Source: an uncultured Methanosarcinales archaeon (lineage in GTDB: Archaea > Nanobdellota > Nanobdellia > Woesearchaeales > DSVV01). From it: a stretch of DNA of 64,000 bases. This document shows, piece by piece, positions 29,486 to 40,091 of the stretch; the stretch's first letter is position 1, and each line of letters opens with the position of its first letter. The translations under genes and the position numbers were made by a program. The DNA lies in assembly GCA_964556185.1 (NCBI GenBank), contig CAZKVI010000003.1, positions 2,089-66,088 on the forward strand, in the 5' to 3' direction. The notes under the pieces are model-generated. The model saw nothing but the letters and a program-made list of their open reading frames with translations. It was not told the DNA's origin and ran no database searches.

Positions 29486-30367
29486 TTATCCTTGATAAAA
29501 ACCAATTAACTGTCTTTGTCTCTTAACATGTCTTAATTTTCTTAAGGCTTTTACTTCGATTTGTCTTATTCTTTCTCTTGTTAAATCAAATACTTGACCA
29601 ATCTCTTCAAGAGAATAATGACGAGGATGATCAATTCCATATCTCATTTTCATAACTTTTTCTTCTCTGGGTGTTAATTCAGCAAGTACACTTCTAACAG
29701 CCTTTGCTAAATCAGAATCCCCTACATTTTCATCAGGTCTTCGAACACTAGCTCCTTCTATAAAATCACCTATGGTTGCATCTGATTCATCACCAACTTT
29801 TTGCTCTAATGATAATGGTTCTCTTGCAAGCCTATAAATATCTTCAATTTTTTCAACTGGTTCACCTAACCAATCTGCAATTTCTTCAGAAGTTGGTTCT
29901 CTACCAAGATCAGTAACAAGTTTTCGAGCCGTTCTTCTAACTTTAGTAACCATTTCTAATTTATAAATTGGAATTCTTATTGTTCTTACTGTAGCTTCTA
30001 TTCCTCTAATAACACTTTGTCTAATCCACCAAGAAGCATATGTAGAAAATTTATATCCTCTTCTATATTCAAATTTTTCAACAGCTCTTATTAAACCTAA
30101 ATTACCTTCTTGAATTAAATCACCAAGTGGCAAGCCTCTATATTGGTATTGTCTTGCAATACTAACAACTAGTCTTAAATTGCCTTTTATTAAATCTTCT
30201 TTAGCTGTAGCTGCTTCATAAGGAGTGCCTTCTTCCATTGTTGTAGCTAATCTAACTTCATCATCTCTAGATAATAATGCTACAGCCCCCATTTGATTCA
30301 TATACTTCCTTAGAACTCTAGGATCATCTCTATATCTTGGCCCACCTTGATAATGACTAACACCCAT
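29486..30367 (-). CDS. bacterial-type RNA polymerase sigma-70 family factor (regions 1.2, 2, 3, 4)
   Basis: Region 1.2 [28 protein letters not shown]. Region 2 [58 protein letters not shown]. Region 4 [15 protein letters not shown]...[29 protein letters not shown]. Confidence 0.8.
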   Translation of the reverse strand: MGVSHYQGGPRYRDDPRVLRKYMNQMGAVALLSRDDEVRLATTMEEGTPYEAATAKEDLIKGNLRLVVSIARQYQYRGLPLGDLIQEGNLGLIRAVEKFEYRRGYKFSTYASWWIRQSVIRGIEATVRTIRIPIYKLEMVTKVRRTARKLVTDLGREPTSEEIADWLGEPVEKIEDIYRLAREPLSLEQKVGDESDATIGDFIEGASVRRPDENVGDSDLAKAVRSVLAELTPREEKVMKMRYGIDHPRHYSLEEIGQVFDLTRERIRQIEVKALRKLRHVKRQRQLIGFYQG

Positions 30368-30406
30368 TTCATAAGGTAATCAATAGTTACTTTTAAACCT
30401 TCCTAG

Positions 30407-31510
30407 GTGGTCTGTGTTGATTATACCCATTCTCAAGTAGTTAAAAACAGAAAGGCTTATATATGGGATAAAGTACCTTCATATATAAAGTGGGGTTTAA
30501 ATATGAGTAAAGCAAGACAGCTTATACAAAGAGCATTGGCAGCAAAAGATGATGAATTTTTTGATGGTGTTTATAGATTTAAAAGAGGAAATGTGTTTTC
30601 ACCAATCCCTATAGACACAGCTGACCATCTTGATCTTTATAGTTCTATAGTTCAGCTTTTGAGACCAAGCAGAACACCAAGAAAATCTATTGGGGCAACT
30701 CTACTTTATCTTTTCTTAGTATCTTCACAGGAGTTTTATGGTCAAGGACCTAAAAATTATACAACTTTTGGAAGAAGAGGAAGAGATCAAATGAAAGAAC
30801 AATTGGAAGCATATTGTAGTTCTATATCTGCTTTAGAAATTGTTTATCATGATAATAATACACCAGATGGAGCTAATGCAACTGTAGGTAAATTTGATGA
30901 ACATAGCACAAGACATGAATTAGAAGATTTACTAGATCTTGTTCGAACTGATGAATGGAGAGAAGGAAGAAGTTATGAAATTGTTTATGTACAATCACCA
31001 GGAGATCTTGTTAGTGAAGATGGCAGAGAAGATATTGTAGCAGGTAGTTTATCTCAAAGATTTATAGAAGGACTTAGAGTACACGAAGATTATTTTGCAA
31101 CAAATGATACATTTAGAGAAGAAGTACCTGATGAAGATTATGCACACCTTTTTGAAGGTGATGTTAGTCATAGGGAAACATATGAACTATGTGATCAATA
31201 TCTTGTAGATCACCAAGAACTTTCAGATACAACAAGAGAACATCTTGAAGGATTTAGAGCTAGAATGTTATTCATGGCATGCTCACAAGAACAAGACCCA
31301 AAGGCGGAAGCTTTCTTTGATGGATTAGTTGCCCAAGTTTTACCAGCTCTCCCAACAGAAGAGTTTTACATAAATCAACTAGCTAGAAACGTTGCACAAA
31401 CTGGCGGTGTGTTAATTCTTGAAGGATTCCAACAACAAGAAGTAGAAGGTTTCGAACTTCTCCAAGAAGATAGGAATGTTCGTTTATACACTAGAGTTGT
31501 TGAGGAATAA
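30407..31510 (+). CDS. hypothetical acidic protein (Lys-poor)
   Basis: 367-aa ORF. True start may be at MSKARQL (30503). Confidence 0.35.
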   Translation: MVCVDYTHSQVVKNRKAYIWDKVPSYIKWGLNMSKARQLIQRALAAKDDEFFDGVYRFKRGNVFSPIPIDTADHLDLYSSIVQLLRPSRTPRKSIGATLLYLFLVSSQEFYGQGPKNYTTFGRRGRDQMKEQLEAYCSSISALEIVYHDNNTPDGANATVGKFDEHSTRHELEDLLDLVRTDEWREGRSYEIVYVQSPGDLVSEDGREDIVAGSLSQRFIEGLRVHEDYFATNDTFREEVPDEDYAHLFEGDVSHRETYELCDQYLVDHQELSDTTREHLEGFRARMLFMACSQEQDPKAEAFFDGLVAQVLPALPTEEFYINQLARNVAQTGGVLILEGFQQQEVEGFELLQEDRNVRLYTRVVEE

Positions 31511-31561
31511 CTCTAACTATTTATCAATAAACTTTAAAAGGACTTAATTTATTCCTAATTT

Positions 31562-32260
31562 ATGGATAACTCATTTATTGCTGAAGTTTTGAAATATTCT
31601 AATATGATGAATGTTGAGCAAGGTATGAATATTTATCATTTATTAAGTCAAGTACTTGCACAAGATATTCCTGGAGAAATAGTTGAACTTGGGTGTTATG
31701 AAGGTATTACAGGTGTTCTTATCCAGAAAACATTAGATCAAGCAAATAGTAAAAAAGAATTACATTTATTTGATTCTTTTGAAGGCTTACCAAAAGTCTT
31801 ACCAGAAGATGGTCTTACTACAGCAAAAGAAGGTATGTTACGAACAGCAAAAGATAGTGTTATAGCAAACTTTAACAGATTTAATTTAAAACAACCTACT
31901 ATTTTTGAAGGTTGGTTTAAAGATACTTTACCAACTAATCTACCTGATAAAATATGTTTTGCACATTTAGATGGAGATATGTATTCTTCAATAATAGAAA
32001 GTCTTAATTATATTTATCCAAAACTTTCTAAAGGTGCAATTGTTATTATTGATGATTATTATTGTCGTGAAGGCCATATGAAAATAGAAAAAAGAATGAA
32101 TGAAAATTCATACCAACAATTTCGTAATATAATAACAGAAGTCAAAGATATTCTTCCAGGTGTAAAAAAAGCATGTGATGAGTTCTTTGAAGATAAACCA
32201 GAGAAAATAATTGTTTTAATGGCAGGTTGCGAAAGACATGCATATTTTAAGAAAATGTAG
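31562..32260 (+). CDS. TylF/MycF-like class I SAM-dependent O-methyltransferase
   Basis: GEIVELGCYEGITGVLI...LHLFDSFEGLP...FAHLDGDMYSS...IVIIDDY. Confidence 0.55.
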   Translation: MDNSFIAEVLKYSNMMNVEQGMNIYHLLSQVLAQDIPGEIVELGCYEGITGVLIQKTLDQANSKKELHLFDSFEGLPKVLPEDGLTTAKEGMLRTAKDSVIANFNRFNLKQPTIFEGWFKDTLPTNLPDKICFAHLDGDMYSSIIESLNYIYPKLSKGAIVIIDDYYCREGHMKIEKRMNENSYQQFRNIITEVKDILPGVKKACDEFFEDKPEKIIVLMAGCERHAYFKKM

Positions 32261-32295
32261 TTAAATTTATAATACATTGCTTCTAATCTAAGAAA

Positions 32296-32973
32296 ATGGA
32301 AAAACTACACAGAGTTCAGAAATTATTAAGCAACTACGGCTATTGTTCTAGACGAAAAGCTGAAACATTAATCCAAGATGGAAGAGTTAGAGTAAATAAC
32401 AAAAGAATTACAATTGGTGATAAAGCTACTGAGAAAGATAATTTATATGTAGATAATAAACTAGTAAATAAAGAAAGTAAAATATACATAATCTTCAACA
32501 AACCTGTTGGTTGTGTAACTGCAGTAAGAGACAGAGATTACAAAACAGTTATGGATTTTGTAAAAGTTAAAGAAAGAGTTTTCCCAATTGGAAGATTAGA
32601 TTTCAACACTTCTGGATTATTATTGTTAACAAATGATGGAGACTTTGCTAACAAAGTAATGCATCCAAGATATGAAGTAGAGAAAACATACATCGTAGAA
32701 ATTGACAGACAAATTAGTAAAAAAGATATGCTAAATATCCAAAGAGGAGTTAAATTAAGAGATGGATTCACTTCCCCAGCTAAACTTAGAAGAATTAACT
32801 TAGATATAATAGAAATTAAAATCCACGAGGGCAAAAACAGAGTTGTAAGAAGAATCTTCAACAAATTAGGTTATAGAATTAACTCATTAGAAAGAGTTGC
32901 AATTGGTAAACTAAGATTAGGCAAATTACAATCTAAAAAATACAAAATTCTAAAAACAGAACCAAGAATTTAA
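32296..32973 (+). CDS. RsuA/RluB-family pseudouridine synthase with N-terminal S4 domain
   Basis: S4 domain LHRVQKLLSNYGYCSRRKAETLIQDGRVRVN. Catalytic VFPIGRLDFNTSGLLLLTNDGDFANKVMHP. Confidence 0.85.
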   Translation: MEKLHRVQKLLSNYGYCSRRKAETLIQDGRVRVNNKRITIGDKATEKDNLYVDNKLVNKESKIYIIFNKPVGCVTAVRDRDYKTVMDFVKVKERVFPIGRLDFNTSGLLLLTNDGDFANKVMHPRYEVEKTYIVEIDRQISKKDMLNIQRGVKLRDGFTSPAKLRRINLDIIEIKIHEGKNRVVRRIFNKLGYRINSLERVAIGKLRLGKLQSKKYKILKTEPRI

Positions 32974-35222
32974 CCCCAAGAATAATCAACAACTATATGC
33001 ACTGGAACTATTGTGCCACCATACTCAAAATTTCCCATACCTGCTCCTTGTAATCTTGTTGCATCGTTATTTAATTCTGCTAAAACATCTGGATTATTTG
33101 GATAATGAGGAACAACACTAGTCTTACTTGTAGATGAATCATGGAAATATCCAAATGGATCTGGTGTTGCAATTCCCCAGAAATCACATGTTCTTGAGAA
33201 CTCAGAAGACTCCCACCAAGATAATAACCAGTCAGTACTTCCATCATAAACATTCAAATTAACTTCATAAGCAGAAGGATCATCTTCAGAAGCTTCTAAT
33301 CTTGTTGGTGCTTTACTTGAAGAAGGATATTTCTCATCAACTTCCCATGTATTATATTCAGAACCACTTACAGTACTTGAATCACTTTCCCATTGCAGAC
33401 TACATGATCTTGCGTATTCTATAAATTGGTGTTCATTATAACTATAATAAAGCATTTGATCTTTAACAACAAACTCATCATTGTCCTCGTCATAAACCAA
33501 TGTATCTCTTGACATCATATATCCTCTTTCAAACCAAGATCCTGTTCCAGGATCTCCTGATAAAGTTAATTCAGACATATCTACAGATGTACTATAACTC
33601 CATGAATAAGTTGTATAACCACTCCATTCAGGAGCACATTTACCTTCTGCATCAATATCAAATTGAGTAAATGCAATATTATCTAAATGTGAATTTGCAA
33701 CAATAACAACTGCTACATCTATTTCTTCTGTTGGTCTTGTTCTACAAAATTTTAACTTTTTCAACTCAGAAACATCTTGGTAAAACCAATGCTCTCCAAT
33801 TTTATAAACTATTTGTGTTGCAAAGTCTGGTTGAGAATCTGTAGTAATTAAACTAAAATCAAACTCAACTCTATCAATATCATCTTCAAAGAAATAATAA
33901 TAATACATTATTCCTCCTGGGTTTAAATTAACTTCTTGAGTGTATTTTTCTTTATTCTCAAATGTTTTCTTTTTCCTACTTTGTCCATATGGTTTTTTTG
34001 TTGGTTTATTATTATGATCATAATAAAACTTAAATGGTTCTGTATTGTAATTGTATAAAGCATATTGTTTAAACTCTTCATAAAAGTCTGGTCTATTTTT
34101 TATTGCATCTTTCATACCTAATAAACCTGCTTCATCTAACATTTTCTTGACGACCATTCCATCTTTTCCATATCTATGTGATAAAAACCAAGGCCATAAA
34201 TAAGAACCATATTGATGATAAGTTACATTATCAGAGTCAAAAAAATCTTTATTAAAATAAGGAAAAATATTACTATCAAAACCATGCTCTGTATTAACTT
34301 CAGGATATGTAAAATCTTCTGACCATGTTGCAGTTGATTCCCAAATCCATTCTTCTGTAGAATATGACTTCAAAGGAATATATTGTTGAAAACAATGAAA
34401 TAATTCATGTGCTGTTGATGTTTTTAATGCATCATCACTTTGTGAAGTACTAATTAAAATATGACATCTATTAGCTCCTTCATGATCATCCATATATTGT
34501 TGTCCATCATCTTCTAAGCTTTGTACTTTTACATAAATCCAATCTGTTGGTTCTTTCATTCCAAGATTTTTATATTTATTATAAGAATGTTCTAAAGCAG
34601 CTTTTACAATATCTGCTTTATCAGTTATCCAAGGATCATCATAATGCACTTGCCATTTTCCATCAATTGGATGTTCATTATCCATTGCATTTACTGAAGG
34701 TATAATAGCTACTGCATCTAAAAATTCCCTTGCTAAAGATTCATCTTCTTGATTAATTTTATACCAATAACTTTCAGGATCATCAGGATTTGTAACAAAA
34801 GGTCTTAGAATATCTTGTGTTTCCTCAGAGAAATCATCAATTCTATCATTAATCATCAATAATAAGAAAGAACTATCTCTTCTTTCTGCTCTAATTGATT
34901 TGTATTCATTTGGTAAGTTTTTATGATCAAATGCTTCCAAAACTCTTAGAATATAATACTCTTCTTCTGTAATTATTCCTTTATTATGATAAGCATCATT
35001 GATTAATGTTAGAGATAATGGTTCTTCAGGTTCCTCTGGTTCTCTTTCTTCATAAATATCTAATAACCAGTCTTCAAAATCACTTGTATCTACATTACCA
35101 CCACCAATTGAAAATCCACTATCATCACTTCCACAACCTTTGAATAACAAGAATAGAATTACTAATATTACAATACCTACAATTGCAAGAAGAATAGTTT
35201 TCCGCCCCATAGGCATTTCCAA
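32970..35222 (-). CDS. large secreted/membrane-anchored protein with HExxH zinc-metallopeptidase motif
   Basis: N-terminal TM/signal segment (ILLAIVGIVILVILFLLFKGCGS); TAHELFHCFQ. Confidence 0.5.
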   Translation of the reverse strand: MEMPMGRKTILLAIVGIVILVILFLLFKGCGSDDSGFSIGGGNVDTSDFEDWLLDIYEEREPEEPEEPLSLTLINDAYHNKGIITEEEYYILRVLEAFDHKNLPNEYKSIRAERRDSSFLLLMINDRIDDFSEETQDILRPFVTNPDDPESYWYKINQEDESLAREFLDAVAIIPSVNAMDNEHPIDGKWQVHYDDPWITDKADIVKAALEHSYNKYKNLGMKEPTDWIYVKVQSLEDDGQQYMDDHEGANRCHILISTSQSDDALKTSTAHELFHCFQQYIPLKSYSTEEWIWESTATWSEDFTYPEVNTEHGFDSNIFPYFNKDFFDSDNVTYHQYGSYLWPWFLSHRYGKDGMVVKKMLDEAGLLGMKDAIKNRPDFYEEFKQYALYNYNTEPFKFYYDHNNKPTKKPYGQSRKKKTFENKEKYTQEVNLNPGGIMYYYYFFEDDIDRVEFDFSLITTDSQPDFATQIVYKIGEHWFYQDVSELKKLKFCRTRPTEEIDVAVVIVANSHLDNIAFTQFDIDAEGKCAPEWSGYTTYSWSYSTSVDMSELTLSGDPGTGSWFERGYMMSRDTLVYDEDNDEFVVKDQMLYYSYNEHQFIEYARSCSLQWESDSSTVSGSEYNTWEVDEKYPSSSKAPTRLEASEDDPSAYEVNLNVYDGSTDWLLSWWESSEFSRTCDFWGIATPDPFGYFHDSSTSKTSVVPHYPNNPDVLAELNNDATRLQGAGMGNFEYGGTIVPVHIVVDYSWG

Positions 35223-35294
35223 TGTCTTCTACTATTTAAATTTTAAGAAAATCTTTATAAATAACTATATTAATTAATTCCATGGGGTGATATA

Positions 35295-35828
35295 ATGAAA
35301 TACTTAGCAATAATCTTAGCAATTTCACTTTTATTTTTAGCAGCCTGTGGTGGAGATAATGATGACCAATCTGCTCTACAACAAAGAGCAGCTGAAAAAC
35401 AAGTTGAATATGCAGCAGACGCAGCTGAAGATGCTGCAGAAGAAGCAGCTCACGAAGCTTCACAAGAATTAGTAAACTTCAAATGTGTAATTGCAGACAT
35501 GCAAACAATATATTTCTACAAAGAAAAAGCCAAAATAAAATCTGATTGGAGTGAATCATGGTTAAATGATGATGGTTCTTTTGTAGTAATGGAATTAATG
35601 GGTGAAGAATATCTTGTTCAATACCCAGCAGATCAATCTGAAATGGATAGAGAAGGAATGATGACAACTTATCACACTTCTAAAACATTAGATAATATTG
35701 ATTGTGAATTAGATGTTGTCACAGAAGCAGACGTAACTCTTCCAGACTTAGAAATAGTTAGTGACGAAGAATTCCAGAACTTATTAATGGAAGATATGAT
35801 GGCTGGTTACGAAGATATGTATGAATAA
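35295..35828 (+). CDS. acidic lipoprotein
   Basis: Signal peptide with lipobox LFLAACGG. Confidence 0.5.
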   Translation: MKYLAIILAISLLFLAACGGDNDDQSALQQRAAEKQVEYAADAAEDAAEEAAHEASQELVNFKCVIADMQTIYFYKEKAKIKSDWSESWLNDDGSFVVMELMGEEYLVQYPADQSEMDREGMMTTYHTSKTLDNIDCELDVVTEADVTLPDLEIVSDEEFQNLLMEDMMAGYEDMYE

Positions 35829-35846
35829 TTATTTCTTTTTTTCTTT

Positions 35847-36605
35847 TTATTCTTTTGCTTGTTTCCATAAAGTCTCAAAAAACTTTCTAAAACCATCAAC
35901 TGTTTCTTGATTTTTCATTAAAATTCCAATTGGTTTTTTCTGAGAAATAAACAAAAGCACATATTCATTATAAACATAAGTTTCAACTAATGTTTTTTGA
36001 TGTAAATATCTTATTTCATGTAATTTACAATTATCATAATATATATGTCTTTGTTTTCTTTTTCTCATGTCCTCATTAAAGATTATTCTAACTTTGAAAC
36101 CTCGTTTCTCAACTCTAGCTTGGTGTTTTCTCCAAAAAATATCACCAACTTCAGGTTCTTTTCCAGCACTTGCTCCAAAAACTAAACTTTCATCTCCTTT
36201 TGACATAGAATTCTCAAGAGTTAAAAAAGCAGTTTTCAATCCATCCCAACCATAAAAGACTTCAACATCAACACTTTCTTCTGTTTTTTGATACTTCAAC
36301 AATAATGTTGGTAATAATTCTTCAACTAAAGTTTCTTCTTCAATAATCTCTTTTTTCTTTTCTTGAATAAAGTCCTTTAGTCTTTTAGGATTCGCAGCAC
36401 TAAAATGAATTACTCCATTTTTCTTTACAGATGAGATAATACCTTTTTCTAATAATCTATTTGCTATTTCATAAACCTTTGAAGAAGAAATACCAGATTT
36501 CTTAACTAGTTTTGTTCTAGTACTTTCACCTAATTCTAATAAAGCATTGTATACCTTGATTTCACCTTCTGTAAGCCCTATTTTCTTTAAATCTTTGAGA
36601 TCCAT
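35847..36605 (-). CDS. TrmB-family transcriptional regulator
   Basis: N-terminal LGLTEGEIKVYNALLELGESTRTKLVKKSGISSSKVYEIANRLLEKGII plus C-terminal effector domain. Confidence 0.7.
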   Translation of the reverse strand: MDLKDLKKIGLTEGEIKVYNALLELGESTRTKLVKKSGISSSKVYEIANRLLEKGIISSVKKNGVIHFSAANPKRLKDFIQEKKKEIIEEETLVEELLPTLLLKYQKTEESVDVEVFYGWDGLKTAFLTLENSMSKGDESLVFGASAGKEPEVGDIFWRKHQARVEKRGFKVRIIFNEDMRKRKQRHIYYDNCKLHEIRYLHQKTLVETYVYNEYVLLFISQKKPIGILMKNQETVDGFRKFFETLWKQAKE

Positions 36606-36705
36606 ATATTTAGATTATATTAAGAATATATAAATCTTTCTATAGTTGCCCCTGAAGGGGGTGCATGAGTTTAAATACCTAATACTATTCAGTAGTAATA
36701 AAATG

Positions 36706-38541
36706 TGCGGAATAAATGGAATAGTGGATTATAAAGCCTCAATTGATGATTCAATAGTTCATGCTATGAATGATTCATTAGCACATAGGGGTCCAGATGG
36801 TGAAGGAATTTTCACATCAAGAACCAGGAATGTCGCATTAGGGAATAGGAGATTAAGTATTGTTGATATTGACAATGGTTCACAACCTGTTGTTGTAACT
36901 CACAATGGTTATGAATTTGCAATAACTTATAATGGTGAAGTTTACAATCACAAAGAGTTAAGACACGAATTAGAAAGCAGAGGATATAAATTTAAAACAA
37001 ACTCTGATACAGAAGTTGTATTAAATGCATATGTTGAATTTGGAGAAAGATGTGTAGATAGATTTAATGGTCAATTTGCTTTTGCAATCTATGATGGAAA
37101 AAAAGATTCAGTTTATTTAGCAAGAGATAAATTTGGAATTAAACCTTTATATTATGCTAATGTTAATGGTGCACTTGTTTTTAGTTCAGAACCAAAAGGA
37201 ATTTTAACTCATCCTAATTTTAATGCTAAACCAAATTTAGAAACAATTGCAGACTTTTTTTTAACAATGGATATATTTACAGATGGCCATATTTCATTAA
37301 ATAGAACTTTTTTTGATGGAATTCATGCACTTGAACCAGGAATGTATTGTGTTGTTGATAGAAATGGTTCTGAAATACAAAGATATTGGGATGTTAATAT
37401 TCATACAGATAATCCGGATGAAATTACAGAAGAATTAATTAGAAATGCAGTCTCAATTAGAATTCCTGATGAAGTTAGAGTAGGAACTGCTTTAAGTGGT
37501 GGTTTAGATTCAAGTATTGTAACTTATTTAACATTACAACAAGGACACCAACTTCCTGCTGCAACTGTTAAATACAATGGTGTTAAGTACAATCCAGATT
37601 GGGATCATGCACAATTATTTGCAGACGAGTTTGGAGTAGAAAATCTTTGTGTAGGATTAGATGCAAACACACTACTTGATGATATTGATCCAATGATTAG
37701 AGCAATGGATGAACCACATACTTCAATAAGACAACTTGGGTTGTATGCAACTTATAGGGCTTTAAGTAATGCAGGTTGTAAAGTTGTATTGGTTGGAGAG
37801 GGTGCAGATGAATTTAACATGGGTTATTTCTGGGATTATCCTGGGTTTTTTAAAGATCATGATAAAGTCGCTAGTGCAAATTCACTAAGAACATTCATGC
37901 AAAGAAAAGTAGGATTTGTTTCAAGATATTTTACAAGAGATTTTTTAGATGGGATTAATTTTAACACAGTAATTGATTCTACAATTGAAAATTATTACAG
38001 TAGATGTAAACATCCAGATAAATTTGAAAGAATGAGATATTATTATGCTAAAAAATTCTTAAAATATAGATTGGATGCTAATGATAAGTGTGGAATGGCA
38101 CATTCAGTTGAAGCTCGTGTCCCATTTTTAGATCCGGGTGTTGTGGCTGCAGCATTAAGCATACCTTACAAAGATCATTTAAGATTTGGAAGTGAAAAAT
38201 ATCCTTTAAGACATGCATTTGAAACCCAACTTCCACAAGCAATCATTGATAGAAGAAAATATTCTTTTCCTGAGAGCCAAGATGTTAGATTTCATAAAAT
38301 GGTTGCAGATGAATTAGATAGAAATATGTATGGAATTAATAGTGAAGTTTGGGATATTTTTGATAGAAATTATGTAACAGAATTAAATACAAGATTCAGA
38401 AGAAAATTAAGTTTATTACATGGAAAAGACGCTACTGATTTAACCACTGAAACAGCAATGAATGAAGATGATGATGTCAGAATAAAACATGTATTTAGTG
38501 TATTAACATTCATGCGTTGGTTTGAGATGAATTTTGGTTAA
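36706..38541 (+). CDS. asnB: asparagine synthetase (glutamine-hydrolysing) / AsnB-family amidotransferase
   Basis: N-terminal MCGINGI (Cys2 nucleophile); SGGLDSS PP-loop. Confidence 0.85.
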   Translation, partial: CGINGIVDYKASIDDSIVHAMNDSLAHRGPDGEGIFTSRTRNVALGNRRLSIVDIDNGSQPVVVTHNGYEFAITYNGEVYNHKELRHELESRGYKFKTNSDTEVVLNAYVEFGERCVDRFNGQFAFAIYDGKKDSVYLARDKFGIKPLYYANVNGALVFSSEPKGILTHPNFNAKPNLETIADFFLTMDIFTDGHISLNRTFFDGIHALEPGMYCVVDRNGSEIQRYWDVNIHTDNPDEITEELIRNAVSIRIPDEVRVGTALSGGLDSSIVTYLTLQQGHQLPAATVKYNGVKYNPDWDHAQLFADEFGVENLCVGLDANTLLDDIDPMIRAMDEPHTSIRQLGLYATYRALSNAGCKVVLVGEGADEFNMGYFWDYPGFFKDHDKVASANSLRTFMQRKVGFVSRYFTRDFLDGINFNTVIDSTIENYYSRCKHPDKFERMRYYYAKKFLKYRLDANDKCGMAHSVEARVPFLDPGVVAAALSIPYKDHLRFGSEKYPLRHAFETQLPQAIIDRRKYSFPESQDVRFHKMVADELDRNMYGINSEVWDIFDRNYVTELNTRFRRKLSLLHGKDATDLTTETAMNEDDDVRIKHVFSVLTFMRWFEMNFG

Positions 38542-38647
38542 TTTCCTCAGTAAACCTTAAATACTTGTTCTGTATTCTAACTAATGATAAGGGCTCTTTG
38601 AACAATAGTTTTCTATTGGCTTGATGATAAGTATTTAGAGGAATATT

Positions 38648-39094
38648 ATGCTAGACGGAAAACAAATTGCAGATGTTGTTAGAGCTTTTGAAGAAGAAGT
38701 ATTAAGCCAAATAGCTCCTGATCAAGCAGCAGATGCAGCTGCAGATCTTGATATGAGGTTACGTAGAGATTTATTAGGTGATGCAGTGTTCGGTGATATT
38801 GTTTTTAAAGATGGTTATTATTATAGCACAAGTTCCCAGTATGGCAAACAAAAAGCAGACTCAACACCAGGTCTTATCTTAAGGTATTTATTGGACCATG
38901 AAGGAGAAACTTTCTCAAAAGATGAACTCTTTCCAAACATTCCACGTGAAGACAGTACTTGTTCTGGTGCATTAACACTTGATGTTATTCCTTGGGTAAA
39001 TGAATATTCAAAAGTCTATGAAGCATTTAAAGAAGGATATGCACCTACAAAATATGGAATAAGAAGAATACAAGAAGCTCCTCAAGATACTTAA
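38648..39094 (+). CDS. hypothetical acidic protein
   Basis: 148-aa ORF with no recognised domain. Confidence 0.3.
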   Translation: MLDGKQIADVVRAFEEEVLSQIAPDQAADAAADLDMRLRRDLLGDAVFGDIVFKDGYYYSTSSQYGKQKADSTPGLILRYLLDHEGETFSKDELFPNIPREDSTCSGALTLDVIPWVNEYSKVYEAFKEGYAPTKYGIRRIQEAPQDT

Positions 39095-40038
39095 TCTTCC
39101 ATATCTTTTATTTTCTTCCAATCTTCTTCCATCTCTCGCAACAATTCAATATCAAATTTCTCAGATAACTTTTTCCTTAATTTTGCAGCACCAGGAACAC
39201 CTTTTGTGAAAAAGAATGCGTGCTGTTTTAAGTCATTGAAATCAAGATTAAACTCTTTCCATAACTTAAGATACTCTTCAAACATTTCAACTTTCGATTT
39301 CTGCTCCAAAACTTTCCCAGTCCTAAGATACTCATCAATCTGTTTAAACAAAAATGGATTTCCACATGCAGCTCTTCCAATCATTATTCCATCACAATTA
39401 GTCTGTTTCAATAATAACTCTGCACTTTTGCAATCAACAACATCTCCATTTCCAATAACTGGAATATTTAATTCATCCTTAACTTCCTTAATCACAAACC
39501 ATTTTGCTTTGCCAGAATAAGATTGCGCAACTGTTCTACCATGAATAGTTATTGCAGATGCTCCTGCCTTCTCTATCACCCTCGCAATCTTCAAACAATT
39601 ATGCTTTTTAATACCAGATCGAATTTTCGCAGTAACTGGTTTATCAGTAGAAGAAACCATTGCTTCAATAATTTCTTTAATCTTTGCAGGCCTTTTCAAT
39701 AAAGCAGAACCAGCACCTTGTTGTATAATTTTTCTAGCAGGACAACCAAAATTAAAATCAATTATATCTGCTTTTTTCTCAATAATTGAAACAGCTTTTT
39801 TAATAACATCTATTCTAGTTCCAAATAATTGCATTGCTACTGGCTTATCTCTAGCACAAGTAGCTGTCATTCTTATTGTAGCTTTATTATTCCTAGATAA
39901 GGCATTTGCATTGATCATCTCACTAACACATAATCCAGCATTATACTTATTACACATAACCCTAAAAGCCACATTTGAAACACCTGCCATAGGTGCCAAT
40001 ATAAGGTTATTCCTTAACTTTAGCTTGCCAATCTTCAT
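39091..40038 (-). CDS. dus: tRNA-dihydrouridine synthase
   Basis: KLRNNLILAPMAGVSNVAFR...FNFGCP... FMN-binding TIM barrel. Start set at MKIGKLKL. Confidence 0.85.
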   Translation of the reverse strand: MKIGKLKLRNNLILAPMAGVSNVAFRVMCNKYNAGLCVSEMINANALSRNNKATIRMTATCARDKPVAMQLFGTRIDVIKKAVSIIEKKADIIDFNFGCPARKIIQQGAGSALLKRPAKIKEIIEAMVSSTDKPVTAKIRSGIKKHNCLKIARVIEKAGASAITIHGRTVAQSYSGKAKWFVIKEVKDELNIPVIGNGDVVDCKSAELLLKQTNCDGIMIGRAACGNPFLFKQIDEYLRTGKVLEQKSKVEMFEEYLKLWKEFNLDFNDLKQHAFFFTKGVPGAAKLRKKLSEKFDIELLREMEEDWKKIKDMED

Positions 40039-40091
40039 ATATGTGAAGAAATTCATAATATTTATAAAACCTTCCAACTTCGCAATTTTCT

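Noticed and set aside
29486-30367. Sigma-70 gene as contamination or mis-assembly from a bacterial genome
   Set aside because: AT content and codon usage match the archaeal flanks, and archaeal features (intron-bearing tRNA-Lys, rps10) lie within 1.3 kb on the same sequence. This still deserves read-level confirmation.
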